From positions 1,120,001 through 1,184,000 of the forward strand of contig CAVSGO010000007.1 of NCBI GenBank assembly GCA_963727525.1: 64,000 bases of DNA, written 5' to 3'. Positions 28,694 to 37,368 of the stretch are shown one piece after another; the stretch's first letter is position 1; each line of letters begins with the position of its first letter. The position numbers and the translations under genes were made by a program. The notes beneath the pieces were generated by a model. The model was given only the letters and a program-made list of their open reading frames with translations. It ran no database searches and had not been told where the DNA came from. The DNA comes from an uncultured bacterium (lineage in GTDB: Bacteria; Krumholzibacteriota; Krumholzibacteriia; LZORAL124-64-63).

Positions 28694-29551
28694 ATGGCCG
28701 ACTCTCTCTCGACGCTGGGCAACACGCTCGTGCACCACGGTCCCCACAACGACCGGATCTACGTCATGCACCTGGATCCCGACGACATGCCCGGCCTGGT
28801 CGACGACCTTGCCGCGCTCGCCCGGCAGCATGAGTACGGGAAGATCGTGGCCAAGGTGCCGGCCCCGCTGCGGGCACCGTTCCTCGAGGCTGGCTATGCC
28901 GAGGAGGCGCGGATCCCCGGGCTGGTCCAGGGTCGCGAGGACATCCACTTCCTCTGCCGTTACCTCGACACCGCACGGGCCGACGAGCCCCGTCCCGATG
29001 TCCTGGCGGCCAACCTCGCCCTCGCCCTCGCCAAGCAGGCGTCGGGGGAGCCCCCCCGCGAGCCGTCGTGGGATGACGCCGTCGTCATGCCCGCCACGGA
29101 GGAGGACGTCGAGGCGATGAGCCAGGTGTACCGCGAGGTCTTCCCCACGTACCCCTTCCCCATCCACGACCCCGGCTACCTCGAGCAGTGCATGCAGGAG
29201 GATGTCGCGTTCTTCAAGGTGGAGCGACACGAGTCCATCCTCGCCCTCGCCTCCGCCGAGATGACGCCGGCCGACGCGAACGCCGAGATGACCGACTTCG
29301 CCACGCTGCCCCCGCTGCGGGGTAAGGGCGCCGCCCAGGGCCTGCTCACCGCCATGGAGGACGACATGGACGCGCGTGGCATGGCAACGCTGTTCACGAT
29401 CGCCCGCGCCTACTCCGCGGGCATGAACGTGACGTTCGCCAAGGCAGGCTACGAGTACGGGGGCACGCTCACGGCGAACACCAACATCGGCGGCAGCATC
29501 GAGAGCATGAACGTGTGGTACAAGCGACTCGGGGAACCAAGCCGCGATTGA
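28694..29551 (+). CDS. ablB: Beta-lysine N6-acetyltransferase (GNAT)
   Basis: HGPHNDRIY, YGKIVAKV, FPTYPFPIHDP, AEMTDFATLP, IESMNVWYK motifs; in operon with ablA. Confidence 0.88.
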   Translation: MADSLSTLGNTLVHHGPHNDRIYVMHLDPDDMPGLVDDLAALARQHEYGKIVAKVPAPLRAPFLEAGYAEEARIPGLVQGREDIHFLCRYLDTARADEPRPDVLAANLALALAKQASGEPPREPSWDDAVVMPATEEDVEAMSQVYREVFPTYPFPIHDPGYLEQCMQEDVAFFKVERHESILALASAEMTPADANAEMTDFATLPPLRGKGAAQGLLTAMEDDMDARGMATLFTIARAYSAGMNVTFAKAGYEYGGTLTANTNIGGSIESMNVWYKRLGEPSRD

Positions 29552-29558
29552 CGCCTCA

Positions 29559-29738
29559 GCCCACCTTATTCATGCTATCGCGTAGCGAGGCGAGTGGAAC
29601 GGTCTCCGTGAGCGGGATCTCGCAGGGTTTGTGAGGGAGCCGTACCCGCTGGGGTACGGTGACCGAAGCAAACCCGAGAAAGCCCGCTCACAGAGACCGT
29701 GACGCCGCCGCAGTAGCGATCGCATGATTAAGGTGGGC
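29559..29738. mobile_element. 180-bp palindromic MITE-like element
   Basis: Imperfect TIRs GCCCACCTTATTCATGC / GCATGATTAAGGTGGGC; internal fold-back; flanked by a TCA direct repeat (29556-29558 and 29739-29741). Confidence 0.75.
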
Positions 29739-30185
29739 TCAGGGCTGACGCGCCAGAGCCGCCAGCAGGGCGTCGCGGTCCTCGCCGAGCACGAGCACGG
29801 CGTCCTCGTTCGCGCGCGCGTCCCACTCCTTCAGCAGCGTCAGACCTCCCAGGCGCACGGCCAGGGCGCCCGCCGCGGTCTCGTCGAGACGGCGATTCAC
29901 GAGGAAGCTGTGCGCGTAGCCCGTGCGCGGAGCGTTGGCGGCGCGTTCGGGCACGAGGCCGGCGGCCGAGAGCGCTAGCCCCACCGAGCGCGCCAGACCC
30001 GGCTCGGCGGTGCCGTTGAGGACGAGCAGGTGCACCGGATTCGCGAGCCGCGCCGCGGGCGACCTGGCGGCGGCGCGCGGCGCCCCGCGCCCCGGGAACG
30101 TCAGCCGCCCGCCCTGCCCCAGCCACAACGACACCCCGCAGATCAGCACGAGCAGGACGAGCAGGAGATTGCGACCGCGATTCAC
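29739..30185 (-). CDS. LytR C-terminal domain-containing membrane protein
   Basis: N-terminal TM segment; VLNGTAEPGLA and VLVLGED motifs. Confidence 0.8.
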   Translation of the reverse strand: MNRGRNLLLVLLVLICGVSLWLGQGGRLTFPGRGAPRAAARSPAARLANPVHLLVLNGTAEPGLARSVGLALSAAGLVPERAANAPRTGYAHSFLVNRRLDETAAGALAVRLGGLTLLKEWDARANEDAVLVLGEDRDALLAALARQP

Positions 30186-30682
30186 GACCGCGCTGCCAGC
30201 TGCGCCACCACCGGCTCCAGTTCAGCGTAGACCTGGTCGAGGGTGCGCGGGATGACGCGCGTGTCGCCCACGGTGGTCATGAAATTCGTGTCGCCCGACC
30301 ACCGCGGCAGCATGTGCAAGTGCAGGTGCTGAGGGATGCCGGCCCCCGCGCTGGCACCGCCGTTGTAGCCGCAGTTCAGCCCGCCGGGACGAAGCGTCGT
30401 GCGCAAAGCGCGCTCCATCACGGCGAGGAGTCGTCCCATCTCCGCCAGCTCGTCCGGGCGGCAGTCGCCCAGGAGAGCCTCGTGGCGCGCCAGCACCAGC
30501 AGCAGGTGCCCGTTGTTATAGGGATAGCGATTGAGCATGACGAGCCAGTGCTCGCCGCGGTGGAGCACGTAATTCGCGATATCGTCGCCGGCCGCGAGCA
30601 CGTCGCAGAACACACAGCCGTCGTTCTTGCCGGTGGCCCCCGTCACGTAGGCGAACCTCCAGGGAGTGTAGAGGCGATCCAT
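30182..30682 (-). CDS. HIT-domain protein (Ap4A hydrolase/phosphorylase-like)
   Basis: LYTPWR, CVFC, NRYPYNNGHL, AGAGIPQHLHLHMLPRW.GD.NF motifs. Confidence 0.88.
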   Translation of the reverse strand: MDRLYTPWRFAYVTGATGKNDGCVFCDVLAAGDDIANYVLHRGEHWLVMLNRYPYNNGHLLLVLARHEALLGDCRPDELAEMGRLLAVMERALRTTLRPGGLNCGYNGGASAGAGIPQHLHLHMLPRWSGDTNFMTTVGDTRVIPRTLDQVYAELEPVVAQLAARS

Positions 30683-30683
30683 C

Positions 30684-31427
30684 TCAGTCTCGCTGGCGGT
30701 ACTGGGCCTCGGCCTCGGCCAGCTCCGCTACGGTGTTGATGCCGCGCACCTCGTTGGGGTCGCGCGTCACCACGGTGCGCACATCGTGTCCGCGCGACAC
30801 GAGGTACGCCACGGTGTCGGTCAGGTAATACTCGCCCTGATCATTGTCCGTCGTCAGCCCCCCAAGGGCCTGAACGAGCTGGTCGGTGCGGTAGCAATAG
30901 ACCCCGGTGTTGAACTCGCCGATCGCCAGCTCGGCAGGCGTGGCATCGCGGGCCTCGACGATCCGCTGCAGTCGCCCGGCGTCGTCCGTCACGACACGCC
31001 CGTAAGCGCCGGCATCGGTGACGAGGCAGGTCAGCACCGTCGCCGCGGCGCCCGACGAGATGGTTGCCGAGACGAGCTGGCGCAGCGTCTCCACGCCAAG
31101 CAACGGCACATCGCCGCTGAGCACGACCGTGTAACCGCCGGCGCGCAGGTGCGGCGCCGCCATCTGCACCGCGTGGCCGGTTCCGAGCTGGGGTTCCTGA
31201 ACGGCGAAGGCAAGATCGTCGGCCGCCACCGCGGCCTGCACGGCCTCGCGCTGGTGCCCCACGACCACGACGATGCGCTCCACGCCGGCCGCCCGCGCCG
31301 TGTCCAGCACATGGGCGATGAGGGGGCGCCCGGCCAGCGGGTGTAGCACCTTGGCGAGGTCCGACTTCATACGCGTGCCCTTGCCGGCGGCAAGCACGAC
31401 CGCGTCGATGGCTGGATTGCCTGGCAT
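30684..31427 (-). CDS. Stand-alone GlmU N-terminal-like sugar-phosphate nucleotidyltransferase
   Basis: LAAGKGTRMKS, QLGTGHAV, GDVPLL, EYYLTD, GINT motifs; no hexapeptide-repeat acetyltransferase domain. Confidence 0.85.
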   Translation of the reverse strand: MPGNPAIDAVVLAAGKGTRMKSDLAKVLHPLAGRPLIAHVLDTARAAGVERIVVVVGHQREAVQAAVAADDLAFAVQEPQLGTGHAVQMAAPHLRAGGYTVVLSGDVPLLGVETLRQLVSATISSGAAATVLTCLVTDAGAYGRVVTDDAGRLQRIVEARDATPAELAIGEFNTGVYCYRTDQLVQALGGLTTDNDQGEYYLTDTVAYLVSRGHDVRTVVTRDPNEVRGINTVAELAEAEAQYRQRD

Positions 31428-31438
31428 GATCACTCCCG

Positions 31439-32323
31439 TCAGCTCTCGTCGCGCGTGGATGCGAGCAGCGCCGTTTCGCGGACCAGGGTGTCCGCGACAT
31501 GCAGCACGATGTTGTCGATGAGGCGCGCCGGTCCGACCCGCGCCGCCACCGCCAGCAGCACGTGGCCAGCCGCTCTGGTGAGGGACGCGAGGTCGGGCAC
31601 CCGCCGTACCTCGGCGTACTCGATGGCGTCGGCGTCGGCAAGCTGGGTCCGCATCAGCGCGCTCAGCACGTTCACGTCGCGCTCGCCAGCCTCGATCTGC
31701 GCCCGCGCGGCCGCGAGCGCCCGGCTCAAGCACAGCGCGCGCTGCCGGGCATCGCCGTCGAGGTACGCATTGCGCGATGACATGGCCAGCCCGTCGACCT
31801 CGCGGACGGTCGCCAGGTCGACGAGCCGTACCGGGAAGTCGAGGTCGGCCACCATCTCTGCGATGACCAGGCATTGCTGAGCGTCCTTGCGGCCGAAGAC
31901 GGCGACATCGGGCCTCACGAGATTGAAGAGTTTGGCCACGACAGTGAGGACGCCGGCGAAGTGGCCCGGCCGGCTCGCCCCACACATCCCTTCGGCGCGC
32001 GGGCCGGGCTGGACAGTCACGCCCGGTCCCTCGCCATACATCGTGGTCACGTCCGGGGCGAATACGGCCGCCACGGGCAGCTCGCCGAGTGCATGGAGAT
32101 CGCGTTCCAGGTCGCGCGGATAGGCCCGGAAGTCCTCGCCGGGACCGAACTGCGCGGGATTCACGAAGATCGACACGACCACGCGCCCCAGCTCGGCACC
32201 GCGGCGTACAAGTGCCAGATGGCCGGCGTGGAGCGCGCCCATGGTGGGCACCAGGACCAGCGGGCGCACGCCGCGCCAGGCGTCGAGCCGCACCAGTTCG
32301 TCCGGCGTGCGCAGCAGCTCCAT
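31439..32323 (-). CDS. panC: Pantoate--beta-alanine ligase
   Basis: VPTMGALHAGH, SIFVNPAQF, RPGHF, FGRKDAQQ, GLAMSSRN, RLIDN motifs. Confidence 0.95.
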   Translation of the reverse strand: MELLRTPDELVRLDAWRGVRPLVLVPTMGALHAGHLALVRRGAELGRVVVSIFVNPAQFGPGEDFRAYPRDLERDLHALGELPVAAVFAPDVTTMYGEGPGVTVQPGPRAEGMCGASRPGHFAGVLTVVAKLFNLVRPDVAVFGRKDAQQCLVIAEMVADLDFPVRLVDLATVREVDGLAMSSRNAYLDGDARQRALCLSRALAAARAQIEAGERDVNVLSALMRTQLADADAIEYAEVRRVPDLASLTRAAGHVLLAVAARVGPARLIDNIVLHVADTLVRETALLASTRDES

Positions 32324-32325
32324 GG

Positions 32326-33156
32326 TCACTCCTGTCCGCCCATGTCGGCCGCATCGTCGAAGCTGTGCTCGACCGCCGGGAAAGCGCCTTCACGCACCTC
32401 GCGCGCATAGGCGGCGATGGCCGCCGTCGCCTCGCGCCCCAGCTCGGCATACCGCTTGACGAACCGCGGTTGCCAGTCGGGGAAGAGCCCGAGCATGTCA
32501 TGGAAGACGAGCACCTGGCCGTCGCAGTCCGGACCGGCACCGATGCCGATCGTGGGCACCGGAACGCTCGCTGTGATGCGCCGCGCGAGGTCGCGCGGGA
32601 TACACTCGAGCACGATCGCGAAGCATCCGGCATCGGCGAGGAACTGCGCATCCTCGACGAGGTGGGCGGCCGCCGCCGTCCCACGGCCCTGCACCTTGAA
32701 GCCGCCGAAGCGCTGCACGCTCTGCGGCGTGAGGCCGAGGTGCCCCATGACGGGGATCTCCGCGCCGATGAGAGCGCGCACATGCGTCTCGCGCACGCGG
32801 CCACCCTCCAGCTTGACGGCCTGGGCGCCGCCTTCCTTCACCAGGCGCAGCGCCGCGCCCACCGTCGCCGACGGCGTGGTGTGGAACGTGCCGTACGGAA
32901 GGTCGGCGATGACGGGTAGCCTGCCGGCCGCGCGCCGCACGATGCGAGTGTGGTAGACCATGGCATCGAGGGTCACCGGCAGTGTCGACTCGTGCCCCTG
33001 AACGACATTGCCCAGTGAATCGCCGACGAGGAGCGCATCCACGCCGCCGGCCTGCGCGAGCGTGGCGCTGCTCACGTCGTAGGCGGTGATCACGACGATC
33101 TTCTCGGCCTTGCGCTTCTTGCGCGCGAAGAGGTCGAGACTGGCGAGGGGACTCAT
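32326..33156 (-). CDS. panB: 3-methyl-2-oxobutanoate hydroxymethyltransferase
   Basis: TAYD, LVGDSLG, VKLEGG, GHLGLTPQS, IGIGAG..CDGQVLV motifs. Confidence 0.96.
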   Translation of the reverse strand: MSPLASLDLFARKKRKAEKIVVITAYDVSSATLAQAGGVDALLVGDSLGNVVQGHESTLPVTLDAMVYHTRIVRRAAGRLPVIADLPYGTFHTTPSATVGAALRLVKEGGAQAVKLEGGRVRETHVRALIGAEIPVMGHLGLTPQSVQRFGGFKVQGRGTAAAAHLVEDAQFLADAGCFAIVLECIPRDLARRITASVPVPTIGIGAGPDCDGQVLVFHDMLGLFPDWQPRFVKRYAELGREATAAIAAYAREVREGAFPAVEHSFDDAADMGGQE

Positions 33157-33812
33157 GCGCGACCTTCCTCGTCGCCCCGCGATTGCGGGGCGAAGTAACG
33201 GATGCCCGTGAAGACCTCGCCCAGCGCATCGATGAGCAGGTCGAGATCCTGCGGCACTCCAACGTAGTCCAGCTCGTCGGCATTGACCACCAGCAGCGGC
33301 CCGGTCTCGTAGTGGTGGAAATAGAAGCTGTAGGCCGTGTTGAGCGCCTCGATGTACTCCTTGTCCATGTCGCGCTCGAACGCGCGCCCCCGACCGCGGA
33401 TCCGCCTCATCAGCGTGGGCGTGCTCGCCTGCAGGTAGATCACGAGATCGGGCTTGAGGATGCGCTGCTCGAGGATCACCGCGAGCTGATTGTAGAGCGC
33501 CAGCTCGTCGTCGCTCAGGTTGAGGTTCGCGAAGATGCGGTCCTTCGCGAAAAGGTAGTCGGAGATGAGTACGCGGCTGAAGAGGTCGTGCTGGAAGAGA
33601 TCCTGCTGCTGCCGGAAACGGCTCAGCAGGAAGAAGATCTGCGTCTGGAAGGCGTAGGCCGCACGGTCGCGGTAGAACTTGCCCAGGAAGGGGTTGTCCT
33701 CGACGACCTCCAGGTTCACCTTGCCGCCGGTGCGGGCGGTCAGAAGCTTGACGAGGCTGGTCTTGCCCACCCCGATGACGCCTTCAACGACAATGTATCG
33801 CCAGGGCAGCAC
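33153..33812 (-). CDS. Deoxynucleoside kinase
   Basis: EGVIGVGKT P-loop; NPFL..FY and KDRIFA motifs; GTG start inferred from RBS. Confidence 0.88.
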   Translation of the reverse strand: MLPWRYIVVEGVIGVGKTSLVKLLTARTGGKVNLEVVEDNPFLGKFYRDRAAYAFQTQIFFLLSRFRQQQDLFQHDLFSRVLISDYLFAKDRIFANLNLSDDELALYNQLAVILEQRILKPDLVIYLQASTPTLMRRIRGRGRAFERDMDKEYIEALNTAYSFYFHHYETGPLLVVNADELDYVGVPQDLDLLIDALGEVFTGIRYFAPQSRGDEEGRA

Positions 33813-34389
33813 GCCAGCCCTCCTCACCCGTGTCCGGGTGGTCCGTCTTCAGAAGTCGCTCCACACAGAGGCGCACCCACGGCCCCTGCTCGCGCTGCAT
33901 TCTAGCCCAGGCCGCGCTCACCGTCTCCCCGGAATCCGGCAGAACGAGATCCGGCGCCAGTTCCTGCAGGGGGGCGAGTACGAAGGCCCGCTCCGCCAGC
34001 CGCGGGTGCGGCAAGGTCAGCAGCGCGTCGTGCCCGCGGCGCTCCCCGTAGAGCAGGATGTCCAGATCGAGGGGACGAGGCCGCATGTGTCCAGCCGGCG
34101 CCCGGCCCAGCCTCTGCTCGATGCCCTTGACCACCGCGAGCAACGCCGCCGGAGCGAGGGTGGTTCGCACCCTGCAGCAGGCGTTCAGGTAGTCCGCCTG
34201 CGTGCCGGGGCCGACGTACTGGCTTTCCCACACCCGGCTGAACGCATCCACGCGGATCTCGGGGTGCGTGAGCAGGGCAAAGAGTCCGTGGCGCAGGCAC
34301 GCCAGCCGGTCGCCCATGTTGCCACCCATGCCGAGAAAGACGGTCTCGGGGTCGACGGGTGGCCGCAGGTGCGCGGCGATATCGCTCAT
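33784..34389 (-). CDS. folK: 2-amino-4-hydroxy-6-hydroxymethyldihydropteridine diphosphokinase
   Basis: LGMGGNMGDR, PRPLDLDILLY, LPHPRLAERAFVL motifs. Confidence 0.93.
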   Translation of the reverse strand: MSDIAAHLRPPVDPETVFLGMGGNMGDRLACLRHGLFALLTHPEIRVDAFSRVWESQYVGPGTQADYLNACCRVRTTLAPAALLAVVKGIEQRLGRAPAGHMRPRPLDLDILLYGERRGHDALLTLPHPRLAERAFVLAPLQELAPDLVLPDSGETVSAAWARMQREQGPWVRLCVERLLKTDHPDTGEEGWRAALAIHCR

Positions 34390-34778
34390 GAGCGCTCGTC
34401 ATCGCGCGCGCGCAGCCAGGCGCGATCGCGCTCGAGCGTGGCCGCCACGTCGCCGAGGAAATTGGGGATCGGCGGATTGGGCTTGTGCACGCCCACGACC
34501 ACTCGTTCCACCGGGAACCGTCCCAGCAGGTCCGCGCAGATGGCATCCGCCAGAGCTTCCAGGAGCTGGAAACTCGTCGACGCCGTGACGTCGCGGATGC
34601 ACCGGTGCACCTCGACATAGTCGAGGGCATGGCGCAGGGAGTCGGTGGTTGCAGCCATGGAGAAGTCGCCGACCAGCTCGACATCGATGACGAAGCGCTG
34701 CCCCAGCTCGCGCTCGGCCGGATGCACGCCATGGTACGCGTAGACGTCGATGCCGGTGAGCGTGATCCGATCCATCAC
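34386..34778 (-). CDS. folB: Dihydroneopterin aldolase
   Basis: YHGVHPAERELGQRF, LDY, LLEALA, HKP motifs. Confidence 0.93.
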   Translation of the reverse strand: MMDRITLTGIDVYAYHGVHPAERELGQRFVIDVELVGDFSMAATTDSLRHALDYVEVHRCIRDVTASTSFQLLEALADAICADLLGRFPVERVVVGVHKPNPPIPNFLGDVAATLERDRAWLRARDDERS

Positions 34779-35935
34779 ATCCCTCGCAGTCGCTGCGCGG
34801 CCTCATCGATGTGTCGATCCGCGGCAGTGAGACTGAGGCGGAACCAGCCCTCGCCGGCTTCGCCAAACCCCACGCCGGGAGTTGCCACCACGCCGGTGGT
34901 GCGCAGCAAGCGGGCGCAGAAATCGAGGCTCGATTCGTCGGTGGGCACGCGGGCCCATACGTAGAATGTCGCCCGGGTCGGAAAGACCCGCACCCCGGCC
35001 GCCGTGAGGGCGTCGACAATCACCTCGCGGCGTCGCGGGTAAGGTGCGCGCACCTCCGCGAGGAGGCCGTCGCAGACCTCCCCCAGGGCGAACGCCGCAA
35101 CCTCCTGCAGCGCTCCGAACACGCCGCTGTCGATGCTCTCCTTCACGCGGACCAGGCGGGCGATCAGGTCGGCGTGGCCCACCGCGAACCCGAGTCGCCA
35201 GCCCGTCATGTTGAACATCTTGGACAGGCTGTGAAACTCGACCACGGGCTGGCGGCGGTGGTCGGCCACCTCGAGCAGGCTCACGGCGCGATGCTCGTCC
35301 AGCGTGACCTCGAGATAAGCCCCGTCGTTGGCGAGGATCCAGCCGCGCCGAGCGGCCAGGGACACCAGCGGCCGCAGCAGGCCCTCTACGGCCTCCGCGC
35401 CCGTGGGGTTATTGGGGTAATTCAGCCAGAGCAGGCGCGTGCGCGCGTCGCCGAGCGCATCCAGAGTTTCGGGATCGGGCAGGAAGGCGCGGTCGGCCAA
35501 GAGCGCGAAGGGTCGCGGATCCGCGGCCGCCAGCACCGTGCCCTGTGTGTAGACGGGATAGCCAGGATCAGGCACCAGCACGTTGTCGCCCGGTTCCACG
35601 ACACCCAGCGGCAGGTGCGCGATGCCTTCCTTGCTGCCGATCAGCACCGCGACCTCGCGTTCGGGGTCCACGGCGACGCCGTAGCGCATGTGCATGCGGC
35701 GGGCGATCGCCTCCCGCAAACGCTGGCTGCCGCGACCGGATGGGTAGCGGTGATGGGACGGGTTCTTGACGGCGACGCCCGCCAGCTCGACGAGACGCGC
35801 CGGCGTCGGCCGGTCGGGATCGCCCACGCCCAGGTCGATCACGTCCTGTCCAGCCGCCACGGCGCGCTGACGAGCGGCGTCGATCTGGGAGAAGAGATAC
35901 GGAGGCAGGCGATCGAGTCGTCCCATCCGCGGCAA
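34775..35935 (-). CDS. dapL: Class I/II PLP aminotransferase (LL-diaminopimelate aminotransferase-like)
   Basis: LPPYLF, GSKEGIAH, NYPNNPTG, EFHSLSKMFNMTGWR motifs. Confidence 0.75.
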   Translation of the reverse strand: MPRMGRLDRLPPYLFSQIDAARQRAVAAGQDVIDLGVGDPDRPTPARLVELAGVAVKNPSHHRYPSGRGSQRLREAIARRMHMRYGVAVDPEREVAVLIGSKEGIAHLPLGVVEPGDNVLVPDPGYPVYTQGTVLAAADPRPFALLADRAFLPDPETLDALGDARTRLLWLNYPNNPTGAEAVEGLLRPLVSLAARRGWILANDGAYLEVTLDEHRAVSLLEVADHRRQPVVEFHSLSKMFNMTGWRLGFAVGHADLIARLVRVKESIDSGVFGALQEVAAFALGEVCDGLLAEVRAPYPRRREVIVDALTAAGVRVFPTRATFYVWARVPTDESSLDFCARLLRTTGVVATPGVGFGEAGEGWFRLSLTAADRHIDEAAQRLRGM

Positions 35936-36003
35936 CCCCGGGTCAGGTCAAGGGGATGCCCCGCGGGCGGCGGCCCACGGGGCGTTCATCGATCAGCGCG
36001 ACG

Positions 36004-37182
36004 TCAACCGCCGTGTTGAGCGGATTTGCGGGCCTCGTAATCAATGTATTCCTGGCAGGCATTCATGCCTTCTTGGGCCGGGCCCGTCCAGTGCGGGTCG
36101 CCGCCATTGGCCGCATCCTGGAACTTGACCTTGGCCTGCGCATAGTCCTTGGCGCAGAACAGCGCCTTGCCCCAGGCGAAGTTGACCTTGGCCATCTCCT
36201 GCTTGCCGAGCGACTCGAACTTCTTGGCGGCCTTGGCCGCCTCTGCGCGCGCGACGTCGCACTGTTCGGCCTCGGCCATCACGATGATCATGGCGGACGT
36301 CGCCTGCACGTCGTCCGGGCTGACGGCGAGATAGGCCTGGTACGCCTCGGCACTCGCCGCCTTCTGATCCTGGGCATCGAGCGCGCGGGCCTTCGTCAGC
36401 AGCGCCGGCCCATGCATGGGATCCTTGGCCAGGATGTCGTTGCACAGCGTGACCGCTTTGGCGTAGTCGCCGCTGCTCATGGCCTTGCGTACGAGATCGT
36501 AGGTCGTCGAGCCGCCCGCGTCGACCGCGTACTGCTGGGCCTTCCGGGCGTAGAGGTCGGCTGCCTCATTGTTGCCGATCTGACGCTGCTGGGCCGCCGC
36601 CTGCTCGCAAGCCTCGGCGAGCTGTTTGATGATCTTCGGCCGGTATTGCTCGCAGTTGTTATAGGCGCGTTCCAGCGTCGTCACGGCGCGCGTGGATTGT
36701 TTCGCCGCCTTCTCGAGAATGCCCAGGTTGACGAGCACCCCGCAATTGTCCGGCTCGAGGTTCTGCGCCTTCACGTACTCGGCCCGCGCGAAGTCATATT
36801 TTTTCTGCATCGTGTAGATGCGCGCCAGGTAGGCGAAATCGCCGGCCTCGACGTCGTGGGTCGCGCTGCGCAGTGCGACGACCTTCTGGAACGCCTGCGC
36901 CGCGAGATCGAGCTGTTCGGTATTCATGTACGCGATCCCCAGACCGCGCCATGCCGGGAAGAACTCGGAACAGAAGTCCTTGATCGACAGGAGCTGGGGA
37001 ATCGCCTGGCTCCATTGCTTGGCGTCGAGAAGCTTCTGGGCCGACGCGAACTGCAGGTTGGCCTCGCTCTGCTGACCCGGGCTGCATTCCGCCACCACGG
37101 CGGCGGGGGTAACGAGCGCCAGCAGGCTGGCGAGCACGGCCAGTGCGATCACGGACTGTCGGGTGAGGATCGAGTGGCGCAC
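36004..37182 (-). CDS. Exported TPR-repeat protein
   Basis: Signal peptide; Ala-rich helical TPR-like repeats; GTG after GGAGG. Confidence 0.75.
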   Translation of the reverse strand: MRHSILTRQSVIALAVLASLLALVTPAAVVAECSPGQQSEANLQFASAQKLLDAKQWSQAIPQLLSIKDFCSEFFPAWRGLGIAYMNTEQLDLAAQAFQKVVALRSATHDVEAGDFAYLARIYTMQKKYDFARAEYVKAQNLEPDNCGVLVNLGILEKAAKQSTRAVTTLERAYNNCEQYRPKIIKQLAEACEQAAAQQRQIGNNEAADLYARKAQQYAVDAGGSTTYDLVRKAMSSGDYAKAVTLCNDILAKDPMHGPALLTKARALDAQDQKAASAEAYQAYLAVSPDDVQATSAMIIVMAEAEQCDVARAEAAKAAKKFESLGKQEMAKVNFAWGKALFCAKDYAQAKVKFQDAANGGDPHWTGPAQEGMNACQEYIDYEARKSAQHGG

Positions 37183-37368
37183 GGGAACAACCTCCGTCTG
37201 GCACAGCGAACCGGGTGAAAAAAGATCGGGCCCGGACGGCCGGGCGCGTAGACAAGAAACGCGTTCGGCAGGTCGCTGTCAATTGCATCCAACCCCCACG
37301 ACGGTCGCACGATGCAACCGCCCCGGCTTGAACTCCCCGCGACCGTCGCAGTTCCCGCCGGCGCGGCC

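Noticed and set aside
30684-32804. 706-aa ORF suggesting a long GlmU fusion
   Set aside because: The N-terminal ~460 aa are an alternative frame over panB/panC; the real gene starts near 31427.
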